64,000 nucleotides of DNA, from assembly GCA_958296025.1 (NCBI GenBank), contig OY282430.1, positions 3,212,477 to 3,276,476 of the forward strand, written 5' to 3'. Positions 44,917 to 54,289 of the stretch are shown here, in pieces. The first letter of the stretch is position 1; every line of letters starts with the position of its first letter. The stretch comes from an uncultured Pseudomonadales bacterium. GTDB lineage: Bacteria > Pseudomonadota > Gammaproteobacteria > Pseudomonadales > Azotimanducaceae. The notes beneath the pieces were generated by a model. That model made no database searches and was not told the DNA's origin. It was given only the letters and a program-made list of their open reading frames with translations. The translations under genes and the position numbers were made by a program.

Positions 44917-44940
44917 ATTCTCTGTCAAATGACAGAGAAT
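44917..44940. promoter_or_regulatory. Perfect 11-bp inverted repeat (ATTCTCTGTCA-AA-TGACAGAGAAT), candidate operator
   Basis: Read directly. Lies in the 413-bp divergent intergenic region between the TonB receptor/TetR operon and the acyl-CoA ligase gene. Confidence 0.5.
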
Positions 44941-45240
44941 TTTCCAATCCGGCCCGCTGGCTGCCGGATGGCTTGGAGATCGTCTTGCGCCGCGGAAAAA
45001 CTCGCCACTGGCACCGGTCACCGCACGGGGGATGGCTGCGCCCTGTTGCACCCTCGGCAGATGGAGAGCGCAGCCGCAGCGCGGGCGTGGTCGGCGGCGA
45101 AATCCCCCGCCCGCATATTTGGCTGCGCCGTTCCTGCAAGCCACCCAGCCGCTTGCCGAATAGATGAAACGCAGCAGCCAAACATGCCGGGCGGCAGGTG
45201 CGCGGCTTTGGAAGCTAGGGCGTAGCCGCGCTGGGTCTCG

Positions 45241-46815
45241 ATGATGCCGGTTGCGCCGCAATTCCACCGCTCCTACCAGTATTTGGAGCACTACGCCCGG
45301 CAGCAGCCGGATGCGGAAGCCGTGGTGTCCGGCAACGAGCGGTGGTCCTACGCCACGCTGAAACGCCAAGTTGACGGCTGCGCCCGCGCTCTGCTCGCCC
45401 ACGACATTCGACCCGGCGACCGCATCGCCTACCTCACGCCTCCCAACGCAGGGTTCGTCGCTCTGCTGCTGGCGGCGCAGGCGATCGGCGGCATCGCGGT
45501 GGGCGTCAATCCACGCTATCGGCAACGTGAAATCCTCCATATTCTGCGGGATTCCGCGCCGAAATTGCTGTTTTGCCGGCAGCCGGCCCGGAGCGGGAAC
45601 AATCTTGACGACATCGCCGCCAGCTTGACGGACTTGCCCGAACCTTGCCGTCTTGTCGAGCTCGGCACCGGCGGGAGTTCCGCACACTTCTCCGCATGGG
45701 AAGAATTTTTATCATCGGCGTCGAGTTCGACAGCCGGAGATATCCGCCACAGGGCACGGGCCATTGACCCCGATGCGCCCAGCCTGATCGTCTATACCTC
45801 CGGCACCACGGGGGCGCCAAAGGGCGCTCTTCTGCGCCAAAGCGCCGCCTTGCGCCACGGGAGGCTGGCATTGGACAGCTTTCGCCCGCAACCTTTGCGG
45901 GTGCTCAACTACTATCCGACCAACCACATTTCCGGCTTGGTCGCCAACACCCTCTATGCGTTGGTCGGCGGCGGCGTCCTTGTGTGCATGGAGCGGTTCG
46001 ACCCGGCGGAGGTTCTGGCCACCATCGAAGCGGAGCGGATCAGCTATTGGGGGGGCGTGCCGACCATGCTGCAACTGTGCGTAGCAGAGCAGCGATTCGG
46101 GGAAACGGACCTGTCCAGCGTGCAGTTGGTGGCCTGGGGCGGCAGCCCGGCGGCGGCGGACTTGATTCAAGCGCTGGCGGCGCGGGTTCCGCGCCTGACC
46201 ACCCTGTACGCGATGACCGAAACCACCGGCGCCGTCACTGCGGTTGCCCCCACCGCCAACATCGACCTGCTTGCCCGCACCGTGGGCAAGCCGTTGCCGG
46301 ACGTTGAGATGCGCTTGGTGGATGATGCAGGCAAGGATGCGGGCGGCGGCGAAGCCGGGGAGATCCTCGTCCGCGGCCCCTTCCTCATGGCGGGCTATTG
46401 GCGCAACCGGCTGGCGACCAAGCAAGCCTTCACCGAGGACGGCTGGTTGCGCACCGGGGACCTCGCCCGGTTCAACGCCAATGGGTTTGTGGAGATCGTG
46501 GGCAGAAAGACGGAGATGTACAAGTCCGGCGGCTACAACGTTTACCCGAAGGAAGTGGAGGCGGTCATCAGGGCGCACCCCAAAGTGCGTGACGCAGCCG
46601 TTGTCGGAGTGTCTGACCACCTCTTTGGCGAAGTGGGGATAGCCTTCGTGATGGGCGATTTCGGGGCGGTTGCGCAGGGCGAAGCGGAGTTGGCCGAACA
46701 CTGCCGCCAACGGCTGGCCAACTACAAAGTGCCGAAACGGATCCGCTTGGTCGATGCCCTGCCGCTCCTGCCCGGCGGCAAGGTCGATAGAAAAGCCTTA
46801 GGGCGGGTACACTGA
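45241..46815 (+). CDS. AMP-dependent synthetase/ligase (acyl-CoA synthetase family)
   Basis: AMP-binding motif IVYTSGTTGAPKGA, GEILVRGP, TGDLAR, C-terminal ...LPGGKVDRKAL. Confidence 0.85.
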   Translation: MMPVAPQFHRSYQYLEHYARQQPDAEAVVSGNERWSYATLKRQVDGCARALLAHDIRPGDRIAYLTPPNAGFVALLLAAQAIGGIAVGVNPRYRQREILHILRDSAPKLLFCRQPARSGNNLDDIAASLTDLPEPCRLVELGTGGSSAHFSAWEEFLSSASSSTAGDIRHRARAIDPDAPSLIVYTSGTTGAPKGALLRQSAALRHGRLALDSFRPQPLRVLNYYPTNHISGLVANTLYALVGGGVLVCMERFDPAEVLATIEAERISYWGGVPTMLQLCVAEQRFGETDLSSVQLVAWGGSPAAADLIQALAARVPRLTTLYAMTETTGAVTAVAPTANIDLLARTVGKPLPDVEMRLVDDAGKDAGGGEAGEILVRGPFLMAGYWRNRLATKQAFTEDGWLRTGDLARFNANGFVEIVGRKTEMYKSGGYNVYPKEVEAVIRAHPKVRDAAVVGVSDHLFGEVGIAFVMGDFGAVAQGEAELAEHCRQRLANYKVPKRIRLVDALPLLPGGKVDRKALGRVH

Positions 46816-46885
46816 TCTGCGTTTCGTTGAGGGGCTTTGGTGATTCGTCGGATCGGCGCAACCAAGGCGCTGCCGAATAGGCGGC

Positions 46886-48244
46886 CTAAGTTTGCAGCTT
46901 CACCCGGGACAGGGCGCCGTCCAAGGCGGCCGCCAACTCATCCACGTTCTCCTTGCTGAAGGTCAGCGGCGGGGAGAGGATGATCCTCGGCCCCACCGGC
47001 CGGACCATGACCCCGTTCGCTTGGCAGTCCGCCGCCAGTTGGCGGGAAAAGCCGGAGGCGGGAGCGACCGGCGCCTTCGTCCCCTTGTCCGCCACGAGGT
47101 CGAGGGCCAGCATCAGGCCCTTGCCGCGCACTTCACCGACGTTGGGGTATTTTTCAACCAAGGGCGCCAGCCGCTGCAGACAGTAGGCGCCGACTTCGGC
47201 GGCGTTATCGACAAGATTCTCCCGTTCGACGAGCTCCAAGGACTGCAACCCAGCCGCGCAGGCCAGCGGATGACCGGAGTAGGTGTAGCCGTGGGCCACG
47301 AAACCGGCCGCCGCGGCCTGCTCCCAGACTGCGGCGATGCGCTCGTTGACCGCGGTGGCGCCCAAGGGCACATAGCCAGAGGTCAACCCCTTCGCAAAGC
47401 ACATGACGTCCGGCTTCACCTCCCAACCGCGCGCTCCGAACAGGCAGCCGCTGCGCCCGAAGCCGGTGACCACTTCGTCGGCGATCAACAGCACGTCGTG
47501 CCTGCTGCACACCTCCCGCACCAACGGCCAGTAGTTGGCCGGGGGCACGATGACGCCGCCGGCGCCCTGAATGGGCTCGGCGATGAACGCCGCCACGTTT
47601 TGCGGCCCTAGGTATTGGATTTCCCGGTCCAGGATGGCGGCGCATATCCGCCCGAGCTCGTCTGGGTCTTCGCTCCACGGATTGCGGTAGGGGAAGGGGT
47701 TGTCGATCTGGGAGCAGCCCGGCACCAGGGGTTCGTAGGGGTCCTTGTAACCGGGAATGCCGTTGAGCGAGGTGCCGCCGAACTGCACCCCGTGGTAGGC
47801 GTATTTCAGGGAGATGAAGCGGGTTTTGGAAGGTTGCCCGGACAACCGCCAGAACTGCCGGACCAGCTTCAGCGCGGTCTCCACCGCGTCCGAGCCGCCG
47901 AGCCCGAAAAACACCTTGGCCATGCCCTCCGGCCGCAGCAGGGACTTTATTTTGGTGGCCAGCTTGGCGGAGGGTTCATTGGAGACTTCCCCAAAGGTGG
48001 TGAAGTAGGCCAGCTTGCCGAGCTGCTCCTGAATGGCTTGGTTCATCTCCTCCCGGTTGTGGCCGACGTTGACGCACCAAAGCCCGCCCATCCCGTCCAA
48101 GTAGGCTTTGCCCTCGCTGTCGAAGACCCGCACGCCCTGGCCGCGGGCCATGAACAGCGGCTTTTCGCCATCATGCGCGGGAACGCTCATGGGGTGCAGC
48201 ACGTTGCCGTTGAGTTCCTTCAATTCCGCGTAATTGGCGCTCAT
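46886..48244 (-). CDS. Class III (omega) aminotransferase, PLP-dependent
   Basis: GLGGSDAVE, LLIADEVVTGFGRSG, FAKGLTSGYVPLG (PLP lysine region). Confidence 0.9.
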   Translation of the reverse strand: MSANYAELKELNGNVLHPMSVPAHDGEKPLFMARGQGVRVFDSEGKAYLDGMGGLWCVNVGHNREEMNQAIQEQLGKLAYFTTFGEVSNEPSAKLATKIKSLLRPEGMAKVFFGLGGSDAVETALKLVRQFWRLSGQPSKTRFISLKYAYHGVQFGGTSLNGIPGYKDPYEPLVPGCSQIDNPFPYRNPWSEDPDELGRICAAILDREIQYLGPQNVAAFIAEPIQGAGGVIVPPANYWPLVREVCSRHDVLLIADEVVTGFGRSGCLFGARGWEVKPDVMCFAKGLTSGYVPLGATAVNERIAAVWEQAAAAGFVAHGYTYSGHPLACAAGLQSLELVERENLVDNAAEVGAYCLQRLAPLVEKYPNVGEVRGKGLMLALDLVADKGTKAPVAPASGFSRQLAADCQANGVMVRPVGPRIILSPPLTFSKENVDELAAALDGALSRVKLQT

Positions 48245-48292
48245 TCGCTTTCCTTATGCGCAGTGTTTGCACCGCTTGGCCGACGCCTTGAG

Positions 48293-48312
48293 TATCTGTC
48301 GCGCAACAGATA
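48293..48312. promoter_or_regulatory. Inverted repeat TATCTGT-N6-ACAGATA in a divergent promoter region
   Basis: Read directly. Shares the TCTGT/ACAGA core with the 44917 palindrome. Lies between the aminotransferase and oxidoreductase starts. Confidence 0.3.
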
Positions 48313-48465
48313 ATGTCAACGAGTGCAAAATGGGTGCGCCGGCGGGCCAAGACGCCAATGAGGCGAGTTCGGCAAGGGCGGCAGGATGTCGGCACTGATC
48401 TCCGCCCTGGCGTTGGCCTTGCTGCACAGCTTGTTTTGGGATCAACACGAGGACCGGGAAGACAC

Positions 48466-50460
48466 ATGGCGATGCAAACCAAACTGACCGAGGAGGAAGT
48501 CCGCCTAGGCATGGCGGCCGACATTACCCGCCGGGATTTCGTGAACGCCGCCTTGGTTGGCGCCGGCGCCGCGCTCTTGGGCACCGCCGGCTGCTCGGAA
48601 GCCGGCAATGCCCCGCGCTCGCCCACTAGCCCCAGAAAATACGGCAGCCTTGGGCCGGAATGGACCGGGCCAGGCGGCGTCGGGGACTATCGGGAGTCGA
48701 ACGGGGACACGGCGGAAGTGGTCAACGCCGCCCACGCGGTGCGGGACGGCTTCGTCGAGGAGATTCTCGAGGGCGTCATCGACACGGGCGAAATCTATGA
48801 TCTGGTCGTGGTCGGCGGCGGGTTTGCCGGCTTGAGCGCCGCCTACACCCTGTTTCGGGAACATGGGGCGCAGAAGTCCTGCTTGGTGTTGGACAACCAC
48901 CCCATCTTCGGCGGCGAGGCGAAGCAGAACGAATTCGCGGTCGATGGCCACCGCCTGCTGGCGCCGCAAGGCTCCAACGGCTTCGTCTGGCCGCCGGGAC
49001 CGGCCGAGCAGGCCGGCCTGTTCCATCGCTACTGGGACGAGATCGGCCTGCCCCGCGAACTGTCATGGAAGGACCGGGCCGACGGCACCGACAAGAACCT
49101 GCGTTTTCCGAAGGACCACTTCACCGCCATGGGCGCAGAGGAAGGCAACGCCACCACCGGCTTTTTTTACGGAGACAACGGCGGTGACGACGCCCAATGG
49201 GTGATCGATCCGCATGGCGATGGGTTTGCCCGGGCACCCATCCCGCCAAGGCTGCGCCAGGACCTGCAGGCCCTGTACAGCAACGAACCACTGGAAAATC
49301 TGCCGGAGGATTGGCGCACCTGGTTGGACAGCATGACGCTTAGGGAGTTTCTGCTCGACAAGATGGGCCTTGACGCCGGCGTCCTGGACTATGTGAACGG
49401 CACCATTGCAACCTCCGGCGGCGGCTTGAGCGCCAGCGTGGTCTCCGCCTATTCCGTCGTTCAATACTATGCGCCGCCGGCCAACCGCATTTGGGCGGCA
49501 GTGGCCGGCCAACAGGATGCATCGGACCCGGAAGGCTTCACGTTGGTGAGCTTTCCCGGCGGCAACACTGGCATTGCCCGGGCCTTCGTGAAGAAGATGC
49601 TGCCCAACGCCTTGCAGGGCGGCAGCGGCCTGCATGACATCCTATGGGCGCCGCTCAATTGGGGGGAGTTAGACAAGCCAGGCGCCTCGGTCCGCCTGCG
49701 CATGAGGTCCATGGTGGTCTCCGTGGAGCACGAGGGCCGCCCGGAAAGCGCTGACCACGTGAACGTCGCCTACACCGACACGGCAACAGGGCAGGCGCAT
49801 CGCGTCAAAGCGCGGGCGGTGATGATGGGCACGGGGGGCTGGATCAACAAGCATGTGGTGCGGGACTTGCCGGCCCATCTGCAAGCCGCCTTCGCCGAAT
49901 TCTTCTACGGTCCGATTTTGACTGTCAACGTCGCCGTGCGCCATTGGCGCTTCATGGAGAAGCTCGGCATCTCCGCGGCGCAGTGGTTTGACGGCTTCGG
50001 CTGGTTCGTCAACCTGCGCGCCCAATTGAATCTAGGCGAACGGACCGCGCCCCTGCACCCGGACAAGCCGGCGGTGCTGACCTTCTATGTGCCGTTCCTG
50101 AAGCCGGAGTTGGACCTCGCCGCGCAGTCGGTGGTGACCCGCACCGAACTGCTGGCCACGCCCTACCGGGACTTTGAACGGCGGGTGCGCCGTCAACTGG
50201 TGAAGCTGTTCGGCGGCGCCGGCTTCGATGCCGAAAGGGACATCGCCGGAATCATCACCAACCGCTGGGGACACGCCTACATCGTGCCGCAGCCCGGCTA
50301 CTACTTCGGCAAGGACGGCAATCCGGCGCCGCGGGAGATCGTTCGCCAAGGCTTCGGCCGGGTGGCCTTCGGCCACTCCGAACTAAGCGGCGAACAGCTC
50401 TGGAGCACCGCCGTGGCCGAAGGCGAACGCGCCGCCCGCCAACTCATGGCCATGCTGTAG
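48466..50460 (+). CDS. FAD-dependent oxidoreductase (amine-oxidase-like), Tat-exported
   Basis: Twin-arginine signal ITRRDFVNAALVGAGAALL, Rossmann motif DLVVVGGGFAGLSAA. Start at ATG 48466. Confidence 0.8.
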   Translation: MAMQTKLTEEEVRLGMAADITRRDFVNAALVGAGAALLGTAGCSEAGNAPRSPTSPRKYGSLGPEWTGPGGVGDYRESNGDTAEVVNAAHAVRDGFVEEILEGVIDTGEIYDLVVVGGGFAGLSAAYTLFREHGAQKSCLVLDNHPIFGGEAKQNEFAVDGHRLLAPQGSNGFVWPPGPAEQAGLFHRYWDEIGLPRELSWKDRADGTDKNLRFPKDHFTAMGAEEGNATTGFFYGDNGGDDAQWVIDPHGDGFARAPIPPRLRQDLQALYSNEPLENLPEDWRTWLDSMTLREFLLDKMGLDAGVLDYVNGTIATSGGGLSASVVSAYSVVQYYAPPANRIWAAVAGQQDASDPEGFTLVSFPGGNTGIARAFVKKMLPNALQGGSGLHDILWAPLNWGELDKPGASVRLRMRSMVVSVEHEGRPESADHVNVAYTDTATGQAHRVKARAVMMGTGGWINKHVVRDLPAHLQAAFAEFFYGPILTVNVAVRHWRFMEKLGISAAQWFDGFGWFVNLRAQLNLGERTAPLHPDKPAVLTFYVPFLKPELDLAAQSVVTRTELLATPYRDFERRVRRQLVKLFGGAGFDAERDIAGIITNRWGHAYIVPQPGYYFGKDGNPAPREIVRQGFGRVAFGHSELSGEQLWSTAVAEGERAARQLMAML

Positions 50461-50676
50461 CCCCCTTGCAGCGCAGCAACTTTGGCAAATTGATGTACAG
50501 TGTTTCCGTTTGTCAAGGGAGAGGCCGAGTTGCGGCTTAGCGGCGCTTGGCCCAAGCCAAAATGTTCTTTTCTTCAACAAGTTGCTCAGCCATTGTTCGG
50601 GAACGCCCCCAAGCGCAATGTGTACTGGCCGCGCCCTCGCTTGTCTTTTGGCGATCATCGCGGCCCTTGGTGCAGT

Positions 50677-52917
50677 ATGCGGGTTAACCGAAGGGGCCTG
50701 CTGCTTGCCGCACTCTTAGTGGCTGGGCTTGTTCCAGCCGCGGCCGGTGCCCAGCGCCCGCAGCTTGAAGAAGTCGTTGTCACCGCCCAAAAGCGCGTTG
50801 AGCCTTTGCAGGAAGCGCCGCTTTCGGTGGTTGCCCTCGACGAATCCATGCTGGTGAACCAAGGTGTTGCAACGCTGACCGATCTGTCGATTCAGGCGGC
50901 CAGCTTGCAGCTCTACGACTTCCCCACTTCCAGCAGCAACATCGCCTTGTTCCTGCGCGGCTTCGGCAATCCGGACTCCCAAACCCTGACCATCGACAAC
51001 CCGGTGGGGCTGTACATCGACGGCGTTTACATCTCCCGCACGTCTGGGGCCACGCTGAACCTGTTGGACCTCGAACGGGTGGAGATTCTGCGCGGTCCTC
51101 AGGGTACGCTGTTCGGCAGGAACTCCTCCGCCGGCGCCGTCAACTTCATCAGCGCCAAGCCGGGTGCGGAGTTCCGGGGCGTGGTCAACGCCGGCATGGG
51201 CAATTTTGGCCGGCGGCGGGCTGGTTTTTCCATAGACTTGCCGGTGGCCGAGAGCTTGCGCACCAAGCTCACCTACGACGCCGCCACCGTTCGCGGCTGG
51301 GTGAGGAACGAAGGTCCGCAGGACGGGCGGCCAAGCGAGGACTTCTACGCCAACGAGCAGCATGGGCTGCGCCTAGCCGTTGCTTGGGATCTGACCGACA
51401 GCCTGACCCTGGACTACAGCCACGACCGTTCGGAGGTTGAGGGCACCGGGCCTTACTACCAGCAAAATCCTGATGAACGGCAGGAAAGGACCACCCACCT
51501 TTTCCTGCAGGGAGGCCCCTATCGCTATGTGCTGCCCGAGTCCGCCACCGAGCAATCCGGCCACAACCTGACCGTCAACTGGAGCTTTGGCGACAGCCTG
51601 TCCTTGAAATCCATAACCGGCTATCGGGAGATGGAGGAGCTGGCGGTTCAGAACTGGTCCGACACCCTGTTCTTCGCAACCGACCTGGAATGGTCCACAA
51701 AGGCTTTCAGCCAAGAGGTTCAGCTATTGGGCAACGCCTTTGGCGAGAAGCTGGAGTACATCCTAGGTCTCTACTACCTTGACGAAGAAGGCGCCAAGGA
51801 GGAGGAGCAATACACCAACGCCGCCGGCGGGGTTCCGATCTTCGACGCACTGCAAAGGCCGCTGACGGCTGCCTCGGTGCTTGCGGGAGGCACCAGCTTG
51901 GGCGCTCACGCCATCGACGCCCAATCCCAATCCAAGGCGGTTTTCGCCCAAGCCGCCTACACCCCGGATGTGCTCGGCGCCCGGCTGCGCATTACAGCAG
52001 GCGTCCGCTACAGCAAGGAAAAGCGGGACGCGGAGCGCGGCGTCATCCCATCCAAGCCCTCCATCTTGTTTCCGCCGGGGCGCAACGAGCTCGACTACGC
52101 CCAGGCGGACTACACATTCGCCTTGGACTACGCCTTCACCGACCTCCTGAACGGCTACCTGCGCATTGCCACCGGCCACCGGGCCGGCGGGTCCGGGGAG
52201 CGCACGCTGGATTTTGCGCAAACCTTCGCGGAAGAGAGGAACGTCGGCTATGAATTCGGCCTGAAGTCAGAGCTGTTCCAGCGCCGGCTGCGCATCAACG
52301 GAGTTCTGTTCCTGACCGACTACGACGACCTGTTGGTCACCCTTGCCGGCCGCCCGCCGCTGTTCGCCTCCTATGCGGAGAATGTGAACGCCGGGGAGGC
52401 GCGCGTGGACGGGGTTGAGTTCGATCTGGTCGGCCTGCTTGGTCCGGCAACCAGGTTCACCATCAACTATGTGTACCTCAGCACCCGAATCAAAGACGTC
52501 GTGGTGCCAAATGACAGCTTTTTGTTGGGCGGTCCGCCAGCCAGCGAACAAAATCTGCGCGGGATGGACATTTCCGACGCCACCTACATGGCCTTTGCGC
52601 CGAAGCATGCGTTTTCGCTGGCGTTTGACCAGGGCTGGGCGTTGCGCAATGGCGCCGGGTTGGACTTTCACCTGAACTACAGCTGGCGGGATGCGGCGTA
52701 TTCCCAGCAGGGGATGGGGCTTCCGGTGCCGTCCCTCGGCCAGCTCGGCGCCCGAATCGCGCTTTCGGATTGGCCGGTCGGCGGCGCTCGTCTGACCGTA
52801 GCGGCTTGGGGCAAAAACCTCGCCGATGCGCAGGAGGTGATCTACAACCTCTCCAATTTCGGCTACCAGTACAATCGACCCCGCACCTTTGGCTTGGACC
52901 TCAAGCTGAACTTCTGA
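50677..52917 (+). CDS. TonB-dependent receptor
   Basis: Signal peptide MRVNRRGLLLAALLVAGLVPAAAGA, plug EEVVVTAQKRVEPLQEAP, terminal ...LDLKLNF. Confidence 0.9.
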   Translation: MRVNRRGLLLAALLVAGLVPAAAGAQRPQLEEVVVTAQKRVEPLQEAPLSVVALDESMLVNQGVATLTDLSIQAASLQLYDFPTSSSNIALFLRGFGNPDSQTLTIDNPVGLYIDGVYISRTSGATLNLLDLERVEILRGPQGTLFGRNSSAGAVNFISAKPGAEFRGVVNAGMGNFGRRRAGFSIDLPVAESLRTKLTYDAATVRGWVRNEGPQDGRPSEDFYANEQHGLRLAVAWDLTDSLTLDYSHDRSEVEGTGPYYQQNPDERQERTTHLFLQGGPYRYVLPESATEQSGHNLTVNWSFGDSLSLKSITGYREMEELAVQNWSDTLFFATDLEWSTKAFSQEVQLLGNAFGEKLEYILGLYYLDEEGAKEEEQYTNAAGGVPIFDALQRPLTAASVLAGGTSLGAHAIDAQSQSKAVFAQAAYTPDVLGARLRITAGVRYSKEKRDAERGVIPSKPSILFPPGRNELDYAQADYTFALDYAFTDLLNGYLRIATGHRAGGSGERTLDFAQTFAEERNVGYEFGLKSELFQRRLRINGVLFLTDYDDLLVTLAGRPPLFASYAENVNAGEARVDGVEFDLVGLLGPATRFTINYVYLSTRIKDVVVPNDSFLLGGPPASEQNLRGMDISDATYMAFAPKHAFSLAFDQGWALRNGAGLDFHLNYSWRDAAYSQQGMGLPVPSLGQLGARIALSDWPVGGARLTVAAWGKNLADAQEVIYNLSNFGYQYNRPRTFGLDLKLNF

Positions 52918-52976
52918 ACGTTAGCGTCTCACGTCAGCCTGTCAGCCCACAACGCTGGCTTTTGTGGGTATTGTCT

Positions 52977-53426
52977 TCAAACCGCCCGCGCCTCCACCAC
53001 CACTGCGACGGCCGCCGCACGGGTGAGGTCGGCGGCGTTCGGGGTCCGATCCTTGTTCAGCTTGACCTCATGGTAGGCGGCGTCTTGCGGGTATTCGGCG
53101 AGGTACGCCTTCAGCAGTTCCTCAATGCGCTGCGGGTCGTCCAAGATGACGTCGGCCCGGTAGCGCCCTTCGGCACCGCGGATGGCGAGTGTCACTTCCG
53201 CGCCACCCACTAGGTTGCGCCACCAACGGGTGTGGCGGGAAGTGAAGCAGCGCACCGTTGCGCCGTCCCGAACATAGCGCACCGGCGTGGTGTAGGAACG
53301 GCCCGTGCGCCTGCCGACGAAGGTGATCAGCAGCAGGCTGCCGCTCATCAGGAAATGCAGCGGGGAGCGCAACAGCAGGGCCATCATCGGGTTGATGAAC
53401 TTGAACAGAGGTTCGGGAATTTTCAT
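52977..53426 (-). CDS. DUF385 / deazaflavin-dependent nitroreductase-family (split-barrel) protein, copy 1
   Basis: MKIPEPLFKFINPMM..., FVGRRTGRSYTTPVRYV, TRWWRNL. ATG 53426. Confidence 0.65.
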   Translation of the reverse strand: MKIPEPLFKFINPMMALLLRSPLHFLMSGSLLLITFVGRRTGRSYTTPVRYVRDGATVRCFTSRHTRWWRNLVGGAEVTLAIRGAEGRYRADVILDDPQRIEELLKAYLAEYPQDAAYHEVKLNKDRTPNAADLTRAAAVAVVVEARAV

Positions 53427-53595
53427 GGCGCATCCTGATCTTGCTGAGGGGGAGTAATGGTAGCAGCCAATCCCGGCGCCCTGCCCAACGGCATGACCAT
53501 CGAAAAGATGAAGAGCGGATAGCAAACGCCGCGCAACTTCAACAGGGTCCGCATCCTACCGAACTACGGCGTGGCGGGTGGAGCGCCGGGATGGG

Positions 53596-53655
53596 GCGTC
53601 GCTGGCGGACTACGAACGGATGTTGGCGCAGGAGAAGGGAGCAAGAGAGATGACG
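53596..53655. repeat. Short fourth copy of the rpn-derived repeat (LADYERMLAQEKGAREMTTL segment) at the tandem-duplication junction
   Basis: ctggcggactacgaacggatgttggcgcaggagaagggagcaagagagatgacgacgtt also occurs at 54622 and 56954. Confidence 0.8.
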
Positions 53656-53677
53656 ACGTTGATTCGGCCAAAACCCC

Positions 53678-54127
53678 TCAAACCGCTCGCGCCTCCACCA
53701 CCACCGCAGCGACCGCCGCACGGGTTAGGTCGGCGGCGTTCGGGGTCCTGTCCTTGTTCAGCTTGACCTCATAGAAGGCGGCGTCCTGCGGGTATTGGGT
53801 GAGGTACGCCTTCAGCAGCTCCTCGATGCGCGGCGGGTCGTCCAGGATGACGTTGACCCGGTAGCGCCCTTCGGCACCGCGGAGTGCGAGCACCACTTCC
53901 GTGCCGTCCGCGAGGTCGCGCCACCAGCGGGTTTTGCGGGAACTGAAGCAGCGCACCGTTGCGCCGTCCTGAACATAGCGCACCAGCTTGGTGTAGGGGC
54001 GGTTCGTGTATTTGCTGACTAAGGTCATCAGTAGCAGGCTGCCGCTCATCAGGAAGTGCAGCGGGGAGCGCAGCAGCCGAACCATCATCGGGTTGATGAA
54101 TTTAAGCAGAGGTTGGGGAATTTTCAT
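53678..54127 (-). CDS. DUF385 / deazaflavin-dependent nitroreductase-family protein, copy 2
   Basis: Paralog of 52977..53426 (MKIPQPLLKFINPMM...). ATG 54127. Confidence 0.65.
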   Translation of the reverse strand: MKIPQPLLKFINPMMVRLLRSPLHFLMSGSLLLMTLVSKYTNRPYTKLVRYVQDGATVRCFSSRKTRWWRDLADGTEVVLALRGAEGRYRVNVILDDPPRIEELLKAYLTQYPQDAAFYEVKLNKDRTPNAADLTRAAVAAVVVEARAV

Positions 54128-54289
54128 GGCACATCCTGATCTCGCTGAGGGGAAGTGATGATAGCAGCCAACCCCAGCACCCTGCCCAACGGCATGACCA
54201 TCAAAAAGATGAAGAGCGGGTAGCAAGCGTCGCGCAACTCCAACAGGGTCCGCATCCTACGGGACTACGGCGTCACGGACGACCGCGGC

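Larger units (their letters stand above)
52965..54275. repeat. Tandem duplication, two units of roughly 600-700 bp each carrying a DUF385 gene plus the 5' scar of a truncated rpn gene
   Basis: 52977-53575 and 53678-54275 are collinear and highly similar. This covers the coding sequence, the upstream ...gatcttgctgaggggg... block and gcaact.caacagggtccgcatcctac. Confidence 0.85.

Noticed and set aside
44869-46710. ORFs 44869..45687 (-) and 45712..46710 (-) antisense to the acyl-CoA ligase gene and its leader
   Set aside because: They are shadow ORFs, and the plus-strand frame has the AMP-binding signature.
50461-50676. Leader of the second TonB receptor, inspected for a cobalamin/TPP riboswitch or Fur box
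   Set aside because: No B12-box, TPP core or Fur-like 19-mer could be recognised by eye. A covariance-model scan (Rfam) would be needed to exclude one.
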